64,000 nucleotides of DNA from positions 32,001-96,000 of the forward strand of contig PSMU01000002.1 of assembly GCA_040290255.1 (NCBI GenBank), read 5' to 3'. The first letter of the stretch is position 1. The number at the start of each line of letters is the position of its first letter. Below are positions 37,564 to 47,470 of this stretch, in pieces. The notes beneath the pieces are model-generated. The model was not told the DNA's origin. It worked only from the letters and a program-made list of their open reading frames with translations, and did no database searches. The position numbers and the translations under genes were made by a program. Source of the stretch: Nitrososphaerota archaeon. Its GTDB lineage: Archaea; Thermoproteota; Nitrososphaeria; PSMU01.

Positions 37564-38028
37564 CTAAATCAGGCCCTTAAAGTCTTCGGGGAAGAGTAAA
37601 GGCCTTGGCAGGGTCTTGAACCACCTTGCCTCCAACACCCCGCTTCCCCTCCTTATCCTAGCCCCCTCGGGCACCTTCGCTTCATAGATCAGGAAGTGCT
37701 TGGTAACGCGTCTCCTGCCCGCCCTAAAGCGTAGCCTCACAAGCTTTGCCAGCCTGAGCTCAGAAAGCCTTAGGCCCACCTCCTCCAGGGCCTCCCTTCT
37801 GGCTGCCTGCTCGGGCGGCTCGCCTGGCTCCAGGGCCCCGCCCACCATCAGCCACCTATCCCTTCTTCCCTCCTTATCCTCCCTGATGAGCAGAAGGCTC
37901 TCCCCTCTCCATATGAGCAGGCCCACGCCCAGGATGCGAGGGCCCTGCTTCAGGCGCTCCAGCGCTGCCTCATCGACAACAAGCGTCCTCTCCTCTATCA
38001 GATAGGGCTCACGCCGCCCTGGCTTCAA
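37564..38028 (-). CDS. NUDIX hydrolase
   Basis: GGALEPGEPPEQAARREALEEVGL Nudix box. Confidence 0.92.
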   Translation of the reverse strand: MKPGRREPYLIEERTLVVDEAALERLKQGPRILGVGLLIWRGESLLLIREDKEGRRDRWLMVGGALEPGEPPEQAARREALEEVGLRLSELRLAKLVRLRFRAGRRRVTKHFLIYEAKVPEGARIRRGSGVLEARWFKTLPRPLLFPEDFKGLI

Positions 38029-39058
38029 GCTTTAGCTGGCCGGAGAGGATGCCCAGGCTCCTGTCCGTCTTGGCCATGGAGGCGGCCCCATCGCCGAGGT
38101 TCAGCATGGCCCTTATCGCATCTATGTTCTCCGGCGCCACGATGGCCTCCTGATGAATGGCCATAAAGAAGAAGAGCCTCCTTCCCTCGACGTGGAGCGA
38201 ATCGCCCCAGATCACGGCTTCATAGAGGTCTCCCCTCTCCCTGCCCAGCTCCCTGGCATAATCGATCAGGTGCGCCGTGGACTTAAAGCCCTCGGAAGAG
38301 CTCACCACGAGCAGGCGCGGGCTCGAGGCCAGCCGCTCGGCCACCTGCTGGGCCGAGGCCTCCCGCTTCAGGTCAACCATTATGCTGTGGGCGTGCATGT
38401 GTGTGGTGGGCACCTTAAGGGCCATCGTCACTATGTTGAGGTTCTGGAGCACCGTGCGCACGTCCTGCGCATGATGTGAGGGGATCGAGACCGGGTCGGG
38501 AACGATGGCATCGATGGGCCCCTTGGATGTTTCGTGCGGGTCCGCGGCCCTGCGCGCGAGGACCGCCACCGCCCTCTCGATGCCGAAGGCGCCATCTATG
38601 GCGTGAAGCGCCCTGCAGAGGGCCGTGGTATTGCAGGAGACGACCCTCACGAACCTGGCCCCGCGCGCCCTTTCGTAATTGCACTGGGCCACGAAGGAGA
38701 GGTCGGCCACCTCGGGCTCCTCGCCGCCCTGAAAGACCGCCCTGACGCCCTTGCTCTCATAGAGCCTCCTGTTCTCCGCGCCTATCCCCTCGGGCGATGC
38801 GTCCAGACATACATCCACCTGCCCCAGCAAATCCTCCAGCGTGCCGGCCACGGCCATGCCCCTCTTCTCGAAGGCCCTGGCCCCCTCCTCGTTCACCGCG
38901 TAAAGGCGAATGCCCCTCTGCAGCGCCAGCCTTGCCCTGTAGTCGGGCGTCTCCTTGACCACGCCCACCAGCGCCATATCATCCTGCCTGAGGACCGCGT
39001 TGGCCAGCCTCCTGCCTATCGTGCCGTAGCCCACTACGCCCACCCTCACGCGCGCCAC
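38009..39058 (-). CDS. gap: Archaeal (type II) glyceraldehyde-3-phosphate dehydrogenase
   Basis: GYGTIGRR, FQGGE, RVVSCNTT, RRAADP, HQEAIVAPENIDAIRAM. Confidence 0.96.
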   Translation of the reverse strand: MARVRVGVVGYGTIGRRLANAVLRQDDMALVGVVKETPDYRARLALQRGIRLYAVNEEGARAFEKRGMAVAGTLEDLLGQVDVCLDASPEGIGAENRRLYESKGVRAVFQGGEEPEVADLSFVAQCNYERARGARFVRVVSCNTTALCRALHAIDGAFGIERAVAVLARRAADPHETSKGPIDAIVPDPVSIPSHHAQDVRTVLQNLNIVTMALKVPTTHMHAHSIMVDLKREASAQQVAERLASSPRLLVVSSSEGFKSTAHLIDYARELGRERGDLYEAVIWGDSLHVEGRRLFFFMAIHQEAIVAPENIDAIRAMLNLGDGAASMAKTDRSLGILSGQLKLEARAA

Positions 39059-39207
39059 GCGGGCTCAGCCCTGCGCGGGACTTTTAAGCTTTGGCCGCTC
39101 AGCTGGGCGCGGTTAGCTGCAAAGGCGTGTATAAAGGTGCGGTTTGCTTTCCGCGTTATACTGCGCGGCGAGAGCGGCTTTTATACATCCTCTAGCATAA
39201 CCGCGCC

Positions 39208-39921
39208 GTGGGCATCAAGGTCGAGGAGCTGGAGGAGAGGCTGAGGGCCGTGAAGCTCCTGAGGGCGCTGAAACAGGCGAGGACCTATCGCGAGCTCTCC
39301 GAGGCCCTGGGCCTCCCCATCCCCGTGCTCTACAGGTATGTGAGCGGGAGGGTGCTGCCCAGCCTCGAGAGGGCGAGGAGCGTGGAGGGCCTGCTCAGGT
39401 CCACCGAGCCCCTGGACGTGGCGCTGAAGAGGGAACTCAGGCTGGAGAACGGCTTCGTGGACAACACGCGCCTGCTCTCGAGCGTGCTGCTGCTGGAGCA
39501 GCTGGCGGAGGAGAAGGCCAAGGCCTGGAGGGGTCTGAACATCAACAAGGTCCTCACGCTGGCCGTGGACGGCGTCGCCATAGCCACCCTCTTCGCGCTC
39601 AAGCTGGGGGCCCAGCTCGTGGTGGCGAAGGACATGAAGGAGCCCGGCGTCAGGAGGTTCTACACGGAGGAGGTGGTCTTCAGCAGCGGCGTGCGCAAGT
39701 TCCTCCATGTGCCCTATCACCTCCTGGCGAAGGGGGATAGGGTGCTCATCGTCGACGATATGGTAAAGAGGGGCAGCCAGCTCGAGGCCCTGCTCAGGAT
39801 CGTGGAGAGGGCGAGGGCTAAGGTGGTGAAGTGCTTCATCCTGCTCGCCGTGGGCGATGGCTACAGGGAGCTGGAGAGGAGGCTGGGGCTCGATGTGGAG
39901 GCCTTCCTTCACATAGAGTAG
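39208..39921 (+). CDS. HTH plus phosphoribosyltransferase-domain protein (PurR-like regulator)
   Basis: TYRELSEALGLPIPVLYRYVSGRVLPS; PRPP loop VLIVDDMVKRG. Confidence 0.85.
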   Translation: MGIKVEELEERLRAVKLLRALKQARTYRELSEALGLPIPVLYRYVSGRVLPSLERARSVEGLLRSTEPLDVALKRELRLENGFVDNTRLLSSVLLLEQLAEEKAKAWRGLNINKVLTLAVDGVAIATLFALKLGAQLVVAKDMKEPGVRRFYTEEVVFSSGVRKFLHVPYHLLAKGDRVLIVDDMVKRGSQLEALLRIVERARAKVVKCFILLAVGDGYRELERRLGLDVEAFLHIE

Positions 39922-39970
39922 CGAGGGCTGGAAAGTCTTATAAGAAGGCCCTAGGGAGGCGCCTTTTGGG

Positions 39971-40966
39971 ATGGCAGCCATAAGCACAGCGCCTCCCCGG
40001 CTGCCCTCGAGGGCGCAGGTGGCCCTGCTCAAGCTCAGGCTCACCATGCTGGGCACGTTTGCGGCCGTGGTGGCCATAGCCACGCTCCTGATCGAGGCCG
40101 TTTTGCTGACGCTGGGCCTCCCGGCCCTGAGCGTTTACTTGATCCTCCCACTCGTCGTGGTGATAAACCTCCTGCAGTGGCTCTTCGGGCCCTACATCAT
40201 CAACGCCGTCTACAGGGTTAGGCCGCTCGCGCAGGACGAGGAGCCCTGGCTTCATGAAGCGGTGCAGAGGTACAGCAGGGCCTGCGGCCTCTCAAGAACC
40301 CCAAAGCTTATGCTCGCCCAGATCGACATCCCCAACGCCTTCGCCTATGGCAGCCCGCTCTCGGGCCCCATGGTGGCCGTGACCAGCGGCATCCTCAGGG
40401 GCATGCCGGCCGAGGAGCTGGAGGCCGTCATAGGGCATGAGCTGGGACACCTGAAGCACCGCGACGTGGCCTTCATGCTCATGGTGAGCCTGATACCCGC
40501 CGTCATCTACTACCTGGGCTACATGCTGTATATGTCCGCCTGGTTCAGGGCGGGCTACGGCCGGCAGGGCTCGCCGCTGCTGGTGGCGGCCGTGGGCATG
40601 GGGCTTATGGTGATAAGCTTCTTCTTCAACCTGTTCGTCTTCTTCTTGAGCAGGCTGCGCGAGACCTATGCCGATGCCAACGCCGCCATGGTGGTGCCCG
40701 ACGGTGCGAGGAAGCTCCAGAGGGCCCTGGCGAGGATCCTGCTCCTCTCCGGCAGGATCAAGAAGGACCAGGCCCTGCAGCACAGCCAGCTGAAGCTCTT
40801 CTTCATCTCCGACCCCGCGCAGGGCGTCAGGGGGTATGAGGACGTGGATGAGCTCGTGGAGAGGCTGAAGGCATCTAAGGAGAGCCTGCTGGTGGAGCTC
40901 TTCAGCACCCACCCATCTCCAGGCAGGAGGCTCCGCTACCTCGACGCGTTCATACCCCCGGCCTAG
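39971..40966 (+). CDS. htpX: Membrane zinc metalloprotease HtpX (M48)
   Basis: PNAFAYG, HELGH, SRLRETYAD, FSTHP. Confidence 0.95.
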   Translation: MAAISTAPPRLPSRAQVALLKLRLTMLGTFAAVVAIATLLIEAVLLTLGLPALSVYLILPLVVVINLLQWLFGPYIINAVYRVRPLAQDEEPWLHEAVQRYSRACGLSRTPKLMLAQIDIPNAFAYGSPLSGPMVAVTSGILRGMPAEELEAVIGHELGHLKHRDVAFMLMVSLIPAVIYYLGYMLYMSAWFRAGYGRQGSPLLVAAVGMGLMVISFFFNLFVFFLSRLRETYADANAAMVVPDGARKLQRALARILLLSGRIKKDQALQHSQLKLFFISDPAQGVRGYEDVDELVERLKASKESLLVELFSTHPSPGRRLRYLDAFIPPA

Positions 40967-41002
40967 GGAGAAGCTTTTTAGAGGGCCCGTAGCGAGCAGG
41001 GC

Positions 41003-42160
41003 GTGATAGCGCAGTCCTCGCTCGGCTACATCAACAAGATCTTCGCGAACGTGATGGAGGTGAAGGGGGCGGAGCTCGATGCTTTGCTCCACGACCTTAG
41101 GGCGGCGGGTGTCATAATCCCCTCGGGCGAGGGGAGGTCCAAGGGGGCGCTCAGCATAGCCTGCAGCGAGATGGCCAAGATGCAAGGAGGGAAGCTCATC
41201 CTAGATCGCTCCGACATAGGCTTCCCGGGCAGGAGCCTGAGGGAGGCGGCGGAGGTGCTGCGGAGGAGGTATGGCTACGTCACGCTGCTCATCGTCTCCG
41301 GAAGCGGGAGGTCCATGATGCCGCTGCTCGACGCGCAGTCCCTGGCCTCGTATCTGGCCGAGCATGACGAGGCAAAGCGCTACTTCATGATCGACGCGAT
41401 CACCTCCGATCCCGAGAGCCCCATAGCGAAGCTGGCCAGCGGCTACGGCAACGTGCTCACGCTGAAGGGCAGGGAGGTGGGCGATGAGCCCATAGAGCCC
41501 TCGCAGTTTCGCTCCGTCGGCATCCTCGAGGACGTATTTACGCTGGGCAGCTCGCTGCTCCTGCAGGGCGTGGCCAGGGCCCTTCATGAAGGGGCGCCCT
41601 CGCAAAGGGCGCTCGAGTACGTGGAGAAGCTGGGCTCCGAGATCGTGCGCACGCTGGAGGAGGCGGTGCGCTCCGAGTTCTTCTCCCAGGTGCTCTATAA
41701 GGCCGAGCAGAGGCACGTGGTCTTCCTGGGAGGCCTGGGCAGCGCCCAGGAGGTGGCGAGGATGACGGCGATAAGGATAGGACATGTGAAGAGGGCCGTG
41801 GGGGATTACGTCTTCGTGGCGGGGGAGACCTCGACGCCCCCGCCCAGGGTGGGCGACCTGCTCTTGGTCATCTCTAGGAGCGGGGAGACCGAGGTGGTGA
41901 GCTCCTGGTGCGAGAACTTCAAGCAGCTAGGGGGCTATGTGGCCGCGCTCGTGGGGAGGAAGGAGAGCACCATAGGCTCGCTGGCGGATACGGCCTTCGA
42001 GATACCTGAGACGGCCGAGCCCGGCGCGCCCAGCGACTTTTACCTGAAGGCCGCCTTCGTGCTCAGCCCGCTGCCCATCTACCTGGTGGAGAGGATGGAG
42101 CAGAGGGGCCTGAGGCTGCCCGAGTACATAATAAGGTGGCACCACAGCGTGACCGCTTAA
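41003..42160 (+). CDS. Tandem SIS-domain protein (HxlB/PHI-like)
   Basis: Two SIS halves: GEGRS/IVSGSGRS and GLGSA/VISRSGET. Confidence 0.75.
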   Translation: MIAQSSLGYINKIFANVMEVKGAELDALLHDLRAAGVIIPSGEGRSKGALSIACSEMAKMQGGKLILDRSDIGFPGRSLREAAEVLRRRYGYVTLLIVSGSGRSMMPLLDAQSLASYLAEHDEAKRYFMIDAITSDPESPIAKLASGYGNVLTLKGREVGDEPIEPSQFRSVGILEDVFTLGSSLLLQGVARALHEGAPSQRALEYVEKLGSEIVRTLEEAVRSEFFSQVLYKAEQRHVVFLGGLGSAQEVARMTAIRIGHVKRAVGDYVFVAGETSTPPPRVGDLLLVISRSGETEVVSSWCENFKQLGGYVAALVGRKESTIGSLADTAFEIPETAEPGAPSDFYLKAAFVLSPLPIYLVERMEQRGLRLPEYIIRWHHSVTA

Positions 42161-42163
42161 GCG

Positions 42164-43201
42164 CTACTCCACGGAGACCTTCAGCGGCCTCCTCAGCTCC
42201 TCATAGTACTCCCTCATCCAGGGCAGCAGGTCCCTGCCCAGGAGGCTCAGGAACTTATCCTCGTCGGGGCTGGAGCTGTGTATGTAGATGCGCTCGAAGC
42301 CCAGCTTCATCAGCTCCGCCAGGCTCTTCACGATCGCATCGGCATCCGTGCAGATGAGCCACGTCTTCTCTATCTTCCTTATCTCCTGCTCGGTCACGAG
42401 CTTCTCCAGCTCCCTGGGGTCGGAGACCTTCTCCCTCTTCTGCCGGGGCACGGCCGAGGTGGCCCAGTAGAGCGCGGACTGAAGGGCCCTATCATAGTCC
42501 ACGTCATACGAGACCTTGAACTCCAGGCAGCGCGTGAGGGCCTTGGGGTCCCTGCCGGCGTTCGCCGCCGCCCGCTCCATCGCCTCGAAGAGCTCCCTCA
42601 CGTCCTTCTCGAGCCCCCTCGGGTTCGTGAGCATGCCGTCCGCATACAGGCCGGCCAGCTGGGCCACCCTCCTGTCCGATGTGGCCACGTAGAGCTTGAC
42701 CGGGGCCTTCGGCTTCGTGTAGAGCTTGGCGTTGAGCAGCCTGTAGTACTTGCCCTCGAAGGTGACGAAGTCATCCTCCCAGAGCAGCCTTATGATCCTC
42801 AGCGCCTCCGCAAGGCGCTCCACCTTCTCCCTGTAGCCCGGCCAGCTGAAGCCCAGCGGCACTTCGTTCATGGCATGGCCCGTGCCCACCGTGAGGAAGA
42901 CGCGGCGCGGGAAAAGGTAGCCCATCGTAGCGAAGGCCTGGGCCACGATGGCCGGATGATAACGAAAGAGGGGCGTCGTCACCGCCGTGCCCACCTCCAG
43001 CCTCTTGCTCTTCTCCGCGATCAGGCTGGCGAGGATCCAGGGGAAGCCGGCATGGCCGCCCTTATCCCTCCACGGATGAAAGTGATCGCTCACGACCACT
43101 ATATCGAAGCCGGCCACCTCGGCCCTCATCGCCCTCTTGAGCAGCGTCTCGGGGTCGAACTGCTCCTGCGCGGCCCAGTAGCCGAGGCGGAGCTTGGGCA
43201 C
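42164..43201 (-). CDS. F420-dependent LLM-class oxidoreductase, glucose-6-phosphate dehydrogenase (Fgd)-like
   Basis: GYWAAQEQF, SDHFHPW, TPLFRYHPAIVAQAFAT, VGTGHAMNE. Confidence 0.82.
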   Translation of the reverse strand: MPKLRLGYWAAQEQFDPETLLKRAMRAEVAGFDIVVVSDHFHPWRDKGGHAGFPWILASLIAEKSKRLEVGTAVTTPLFRYHPAIVAQAFATMGYLFPRRVFLTVGTGHAMNEVPLGFSWPGYREKVERLAEALRIIRLLWEDDFVTFEGKYYRLLNAKLYTKPKAPVKLYVATSDRRVAQLAGLYADGMLTNPRGLEKDVRELFEAMERAAANAGRDPKALTRCLEFKVSYDVDYDRALQSALYWATSAVPRQKREKVSDPRELEKLVTEQEIRKIEKTWLICTDADAIVKSLAELMKLGFERIYIHSSSPDEDKFLSLLGRDLLPWMREYYEELRRPLKVSVE

Positions 43202-43251
43202 GCCGTCGCGCGGCCCCCATAGTATATAGGCCTTTGTGTGGGCGAAGCGCG

Positions 43252-43899
43252 CTAGGGGAAGCCCAGCACGAGGCAGGGCGCTCCGTCCAGGCCCTCGGCG
43301 AGCAGGGGAGCGACGATGAGCCTTCGGTAGCGTTTGGGCTTATCGGCCAGGTCCATGTCCTCCACGATCAGGAACCTGCGCCCGCCCAGCAGAACCCTGT
43401 GCGCCCTCCTGCCCTCTTCCCTATGTAGGGGGGAGCTGATGCTGATGGCATCGATCCCAAGGCCCCTGAGCCTGGGATAAAAGCCCGCCAGGTACTCCGC
43501 CGCGGCGGCCGAGAGGCAGGGGCCCCTGCCCGCATATACCTCGGGCCTCTCGCTCCTGAACCTCTGGAAGCCGGTGCGCAGCATGAGGAAGGAAGCGCCC
43601 GCCCATTCGCGCTCGCGGTGCTGCAGCTCTTCCCGGCTTATCAGCTCCCCCTCACGCTTAGGGATGTCCAGCAGCACGGCGCGCTCGAAGAGCAGCTCTT
43701 CAACATGGAAATCGGAGAGCGAGCAGCCCTTTTCGTCGAAGTGAAGGGGCGCATCCGCATGGGTGCCCACGTGTCCTCCCATCACCAGCAGGGAGGCATT
43801 GGAGCTGGCCCCCTCGCCCATAGCGCGCAGCCTTGCCACGATGAAGGGCGCCATGCCGGGATAGACGGGGCTCCGCATAGAGAGGCGATGTGAGAGCAA
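43252..43899 (-). CDS. Cyclase-family (KynB-like) metal-dependent hydrolase
   Basis: HVGTHADAPLHF, LRTG, GIDAIS, H...IVED, DGAP; TTG start 7 nt after the gnd stop. Confidence 0.88.
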   Translation of the reverse strand: MLSHRLSMRSPVYPGMAPFIVARLRAMGEGASSNASLLVMGGHVGTHADAPLHFDEKGCSLSDFHVEELLFERAVLLDIPKREGELISREELQHREREWAGASFLMLRTGFQRFRSERPEVYAGRGPCLSAAAAEYLAGFYPRLRGLGIDAISISSPLHREEGRRAHRVLLGGRRFLIVEDMDLADKPKRYRRLIVAPLLAEGLDGAPCLVLGFP

Positions 43900-43906
43900 A
43901 AGGGGC

Positions 43907-45304
43907 CTACTGCCCTTCCGCCCAGGGCCCATGGTGCACCCCCGGCCTATCGATCCTTTCAAAGCCATGGCCGCCGAAGAGGTCCCTCATGCCCTGCAGT
44001 AGGTTCGCGGGCAAAGTCTTGCTGGCGAGCGCATCGAAGTGGTCGAGGGCTGAGGAGAGCGCGGGCATGGGCAGCGCCGCCTCCTTGGCCCTAGATAGCA
44101 CCTTCCTAGCCCCTTCATGCCAGGCCCTGGCCCTTCTCTCGACGCCCGGCACGAGCAGCGCGTGCTGTTTGGCATCGAGCTCGCCGGCCAGCTTGAGCAG
44201 CTCATCCAGCAGCGAGGAGCGCACCACGCTGCCCGCATGCCATGCCAGCAGCACGTGCTCCAGCCTGAAGCCATAGGCATGGGCCTTCGCCGCCCTCCTG
44301 AGCAGCTCCAGGCCCTCGACGTACGCCATGAGGAACCCGAAGTTGAGCGCCTGCTCCATCTCGCCATCCTGCGGCATGGGGCCCGCGGTCAGAAGTTTAT
44401 ACCGAGGCGCCAGCAGCTCGCGCAGCTCCTTGAGGCTGGAGAGCACCCTCGCCTCCACGGCGCTGCAGATCATGGGCGCGGGCCAGCCGAGCTCCAGCGC
44501 CTCCTGGGCGCACCAGCGCCCCGTGCCCTTCTGCTCGGCCTTATCCATGATGAGCTCCACGAGCGGCAGGCGCGTGTCCTCATCCCTGTAGGATAACACC
44601 TGTAGGGCCGTGTCGAGCAGAAACGACGCGGCGGGCCCATTGGCGCAGGCGCGCAGGAACCCCCTTATCTCCTCCACCTCCCTGGCCAGCAGCCTGCGCT
44701 GCACATCGTACAGCTCGGCCAGGACCTGCATCATCGCGTATTCGATGCCGTTATGCACCATCTTTACATAATGGCCCGCGCCCCCCGCCCCAAGGTAGGC
44801 CAGCGCTGGGCCCCGAGGCCCTCGGGCCGCGGCCGCCTCCAGCAGGGGCCTGAGCCTCTCGAAGCCCTCGCTGTCCCCGCCCGCCATGATGCTGAGCCCC
44901 CTCCTTGCGCCCGCCGGCCCCCCGCTCACGCCCACGCCGCAGAAAATGTAGCCCTTGGCTCTCGCATGCTCCGCGCGCCGCTCCGTATCGCGGAAGTGGG
45001 AGTTGCCGAGGTCGGCCACGACATCCCCCGGCTCGAGGAAGCGCTCTAGGTGGGAGAGCACCTCACCCACGGGAGGCCCCGGCGCCACCATCAGCAGGAC
45101 CTTCCTGGGGCTCTTCAGCTCCAGCGCCAGCTCCCTTATCCCCTCAAAACCCTTTACGGGCAGGCCCTCGGCCCTGGCCAGCAGCTCCTCCGTCCTCTCC
45201 TTCGTCCTGTTATACACAGCGACGGAGAAGCCCTTCTCCGCCAGGTTCAGGGCCAGGTTCTGGCCCATGCGGCCCAGCCCTATGATGGCCACATCGTAGC
45301 CCAT
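43907..45304 (-). CDS. gnd: 6-phosphogluconate dehydrogenase, decarboxylating (long form)
   Basis: IGLGRMG, YNRT, GVSGG, KMVHNGIEY, QKGTGRW, RDLFGGHGFERID. Confidence 0.95.
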   Translation of the reverse strand: MGYDVAIIGLGRMGQNLALNLAEKGFSVAVYNRTKERTEELLARAEGLPVKGFEGIRELALELKSPRKVLLMVAPGPPVGEVLSHLERFLEPGDVVADLGNSHFRDTERRAEHARAKGYIFCGVGVSGGPAGARRGLSIMAGGDSEGFERLRPLLEAAAARGPRGPALAYLGAGGAGHYVKMVHNGIEYAMMQVLAELYDVQRRLLAREVEEIRGFLRACANGPAASFLLDTALQVLSYRDEDTRLPLVELIMDKAEQKGTGRWCAQEALELGWPAPMICSAVEARVLSSLKELRELLAPRYKLLTAGPMPQDGEMEQALNFGFLMAYVEGLELLRRAAKAHAYGFRLEHVLLAWHAGSVVRSSLLDELLKLAGELDAKQHALLVPGVERRARAWHEGARKVLSRAKEAALPMPALSSALDHFDALASKTLPANLLQGMRDLFGGHGFERIDRPGVHHGPWAEGQ

Positions 45305-45341
45305 GGCAGGCCCTCGCGTGGCTAGCTTAAAGGGGTGAACG

Positions 45342-46514
45342 CTATGCCTCCCTGGCGGCCAGCTCCGCGCCCCTCACCATGTTGGTGAGCTTGGCCATGT
45401 AGACCTCCCAGGGCATCCTCCTGCCGCCGCAGTCGGGGTTCACCCAGAGCCTCTCGGCATCAAAGTACCTTAGCGCGAAGAGGATCCTGTCGCGGACCAG
45501 CTCGGGGCTTTCGATGACGAAGCCCTTCCAGGTACCCCGGGCCTCGCTCTTGTGCACGTCGAGCACGCCGAGGCCTATCTGCCCCCTGTAGCCATATTCG
45601 GAGAACTCCTTGAGCAGCAGATAGCCCCTCCTCGCCTCCCGATCCACGCCCAGCTGGAGCCCATCCACGTTGGCCAAGGCTATGACGAGCATATCTATAT
45701 CCTTCAGGCGCGGCGCGTATTGTGCAAGAAGGGGATAATCGCTATAACAGACGTGCAGGCTGAAGCGGCAGCGCACCCCTGCCGTGAGCCTGTTCATCGC
45801 CTCCACGAAGGTCTCCATCTCCCACGGATGGGTCGTCGCGGCCGGCTCATCGATCTGAATCCAGTCAACGCCCATCCTCACCATCGTCTGAACCTCGGGC
45901 CTGTACACCTTATCGATCAGGTCGAAGAGGAACTCCTCCCGGGCGGCCCTCTTGACCTGGGGCGTCGAGATGGGGATGCCGAGCCTCTGCCTCTGCCTCG
46001 CCTCATAGTAGCCCAGGTAGGACCAGTCCATGAGAGTATAGGGGCCCGTAATGGGCACCTTCAAGGGGAGGCGCGCGAACCTCTTCGCCAGGCTCAGCTC
46101 CTCCAAGTAAATGCCGCCATAATAGGAAGGGGCGTTGACCGCCGCGGCCCTGCGATAGTAGGCGTAATCGAAGGAGTTCACGCTGCCCAGGAACCTAAAG
46201 CCGCCGAGCCTCCTCACCACGTGCTCATACATCTCCACGCGCAGCTGCTCGCCCGTGTAGGCCACATCTAGGCCCGCTACCTCAAAGAACCTCAGCGCAT
46301 AGCGCACCGACCATTCCAACACGCCCCTCCTCTTCTGCTCCGAATCGGGCGCCCTGAGCAGGCCTATGAGCTGCTCATAGCCCTCGACACCCAGCCTTCG
46401 CCCCCAGTACCTCGCCTCCTCGATATCCTTCTCCTCGAGCTGGTCGCCCCTATAGGCCTTGAGCCTCCAGGAGGGCTTCTTCAGGCTCCCTATCTCCTGC
46501 GCCCTGAACTTCAC
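45342..46514 (-). CDS. Cobalamin-independent methionine synthase, catalytic half (split MetE)
   Basis: EIGSLKKP, KVPITGPYT, IQIDEPA, LHVC, NPDCG. Confidence 0.88.
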   Translation of the reverse strand: MKFRAQEIGSLKKPSWRLKAYRGDQLEEKDIEEARYWGRRLGVEGYEQLIGLLRAPDSEQKRRGVLEWSVRYALRFFEVAGLDVAYTGEQLRVEMYEHVVRRLGGFRFLGSVNSFDYAYYRRAAAVNAPSYYGGIYLEELSLAKRFARLPLKVPITGPYTLMDWSYLGYYEARQRQRLGIPISTPQVKRAAREEFLFDLIDKVYRPEVQTMVRMGVDWIQIDEPAATTHPWEMETFVEAMNRLTAGVRCRFSLHVCYSDYPLLAQYAPRLKDIDMLVIALANVDGLQLGVDREARRGYLLLKEFSEYGYRGQIGLGVLDVHKSEARGTWKGFVIESPELVRDRILFALRYFDAERLWVNPDCGGRRMPWEVYMAKLTNMVRGAELAAREA

Positions 46515-47470
46515 GACAGACGAAGCAGCTCGTCGGCCGTGGCCCTTAAAACCTTTAGCTTCTCCTTTGCCAGCTCGTAGGGCACGAAGCGCAGGTCCGC
46601 GCTGGGCATCACGTAGAGCTCCTCCGCGCCCAGCTCCCTAATCCTGGGGCCCAAGAAGCGGGCCAGCTGTGCTCCGTCCTCGAGCAGGGAGGTGTCCACG
46701 TCGGCGACACCTAGGCCCATGTAGCGCCTGCTCCTCAGCATGCTCAGCGCCTCGAGCGGCGTCCTGGTCAGGTCCACCTTAAAGAGCCACTCTTCGGGCA
46801 TGATGCGGGCCAGGGAGGGCAGGAGCTGAGAGGCATCCACCATATCGAAGCCCACCAGCAGCCTGAAGCCCTCCAACCTCTTCAGCGCATCCCTCCACAC
46901 CTCCAGCTGGCGCTCGGAGGGGGAGGCCAGCGCCATATACGGCTCATTGAGGCAGACCAGCTCGAGCCCGCGCAGGGAGGGCGAGGAGAGCAGCGAGCTG
47001 AGCGCCGAGCAATAAGCGAGCATGAGCCCTCCGGCGTCCACCGCACCCTCCCTTATGCTGCAGGCGGCAAATGTGAAGGGGCCCGGCACCTCCAGCACGT
47101 ATCTCTCCTGCACCAGCCTCGAGTGCGTGTAGCGGGGAAGGATGCCCGGCTTGGGCTTGGGCAGCGAGCTGACGAGCGGCGCCCTGAAGAACGTATTGGT
47201 CTCCAGCCACCGCGTGAGGGGGCCGGGCGCCACATTCCTCATAGAAAGCAGAAGAGGCCTGAAGGGGTCCTTCCATTTAAGCTGGCCATCGCTGATGTAG
47301 GCGAAGCCGTAGCCCTTCTGCAGCGAGATGAACTCCTCGGCCTGGGCAAGGAAGGCCAGCTCCAGCTCCCGCCGGGGGACGCGGGCCGTGCCCAGCTCCG
47401 CCGCCCTCGTGAGCCGCACCAGCTCCTCCGCCCTCGGGCAGAGGCCCGGGGCCATCGCCTTGGCCTTCAT
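46511..47470 (-). CDS. Split-MetE N-terminal-like subunit
   Basis: SDGQLKWKDPFRP, TRWLETNTFFR, PGPFTF, NEP; overlaps the catalytic half. Confidence 0.8.
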   Translation of the reverse strand: MKAKAMAPGLCPRAEELVRLTRAAELGTARVPRRELELAFLAQAEEFISLQKGYGFAYISDGQLKWKDPFRPLLLSMRNVAPGPLTRWLETNTFFRAPLVSSLPKPKPGILPRYTHSRLVQERYVLEVPGPFTFAACSIREGAVDAGGLMLAYCSALSSLLSSPSLRGLELVCLNEPYMALASPSERQLEVWRDALKRLEGFRLLVGFDMVDASQLLPSLARIMPEEWLFKVDLTRTPLEALSMLRSRRYMGLGVADVDTSLLEDGAQLARFLGPRIRELGAEELYVMPSADLRFVPYELAKEKLKVLRATADELLRLS

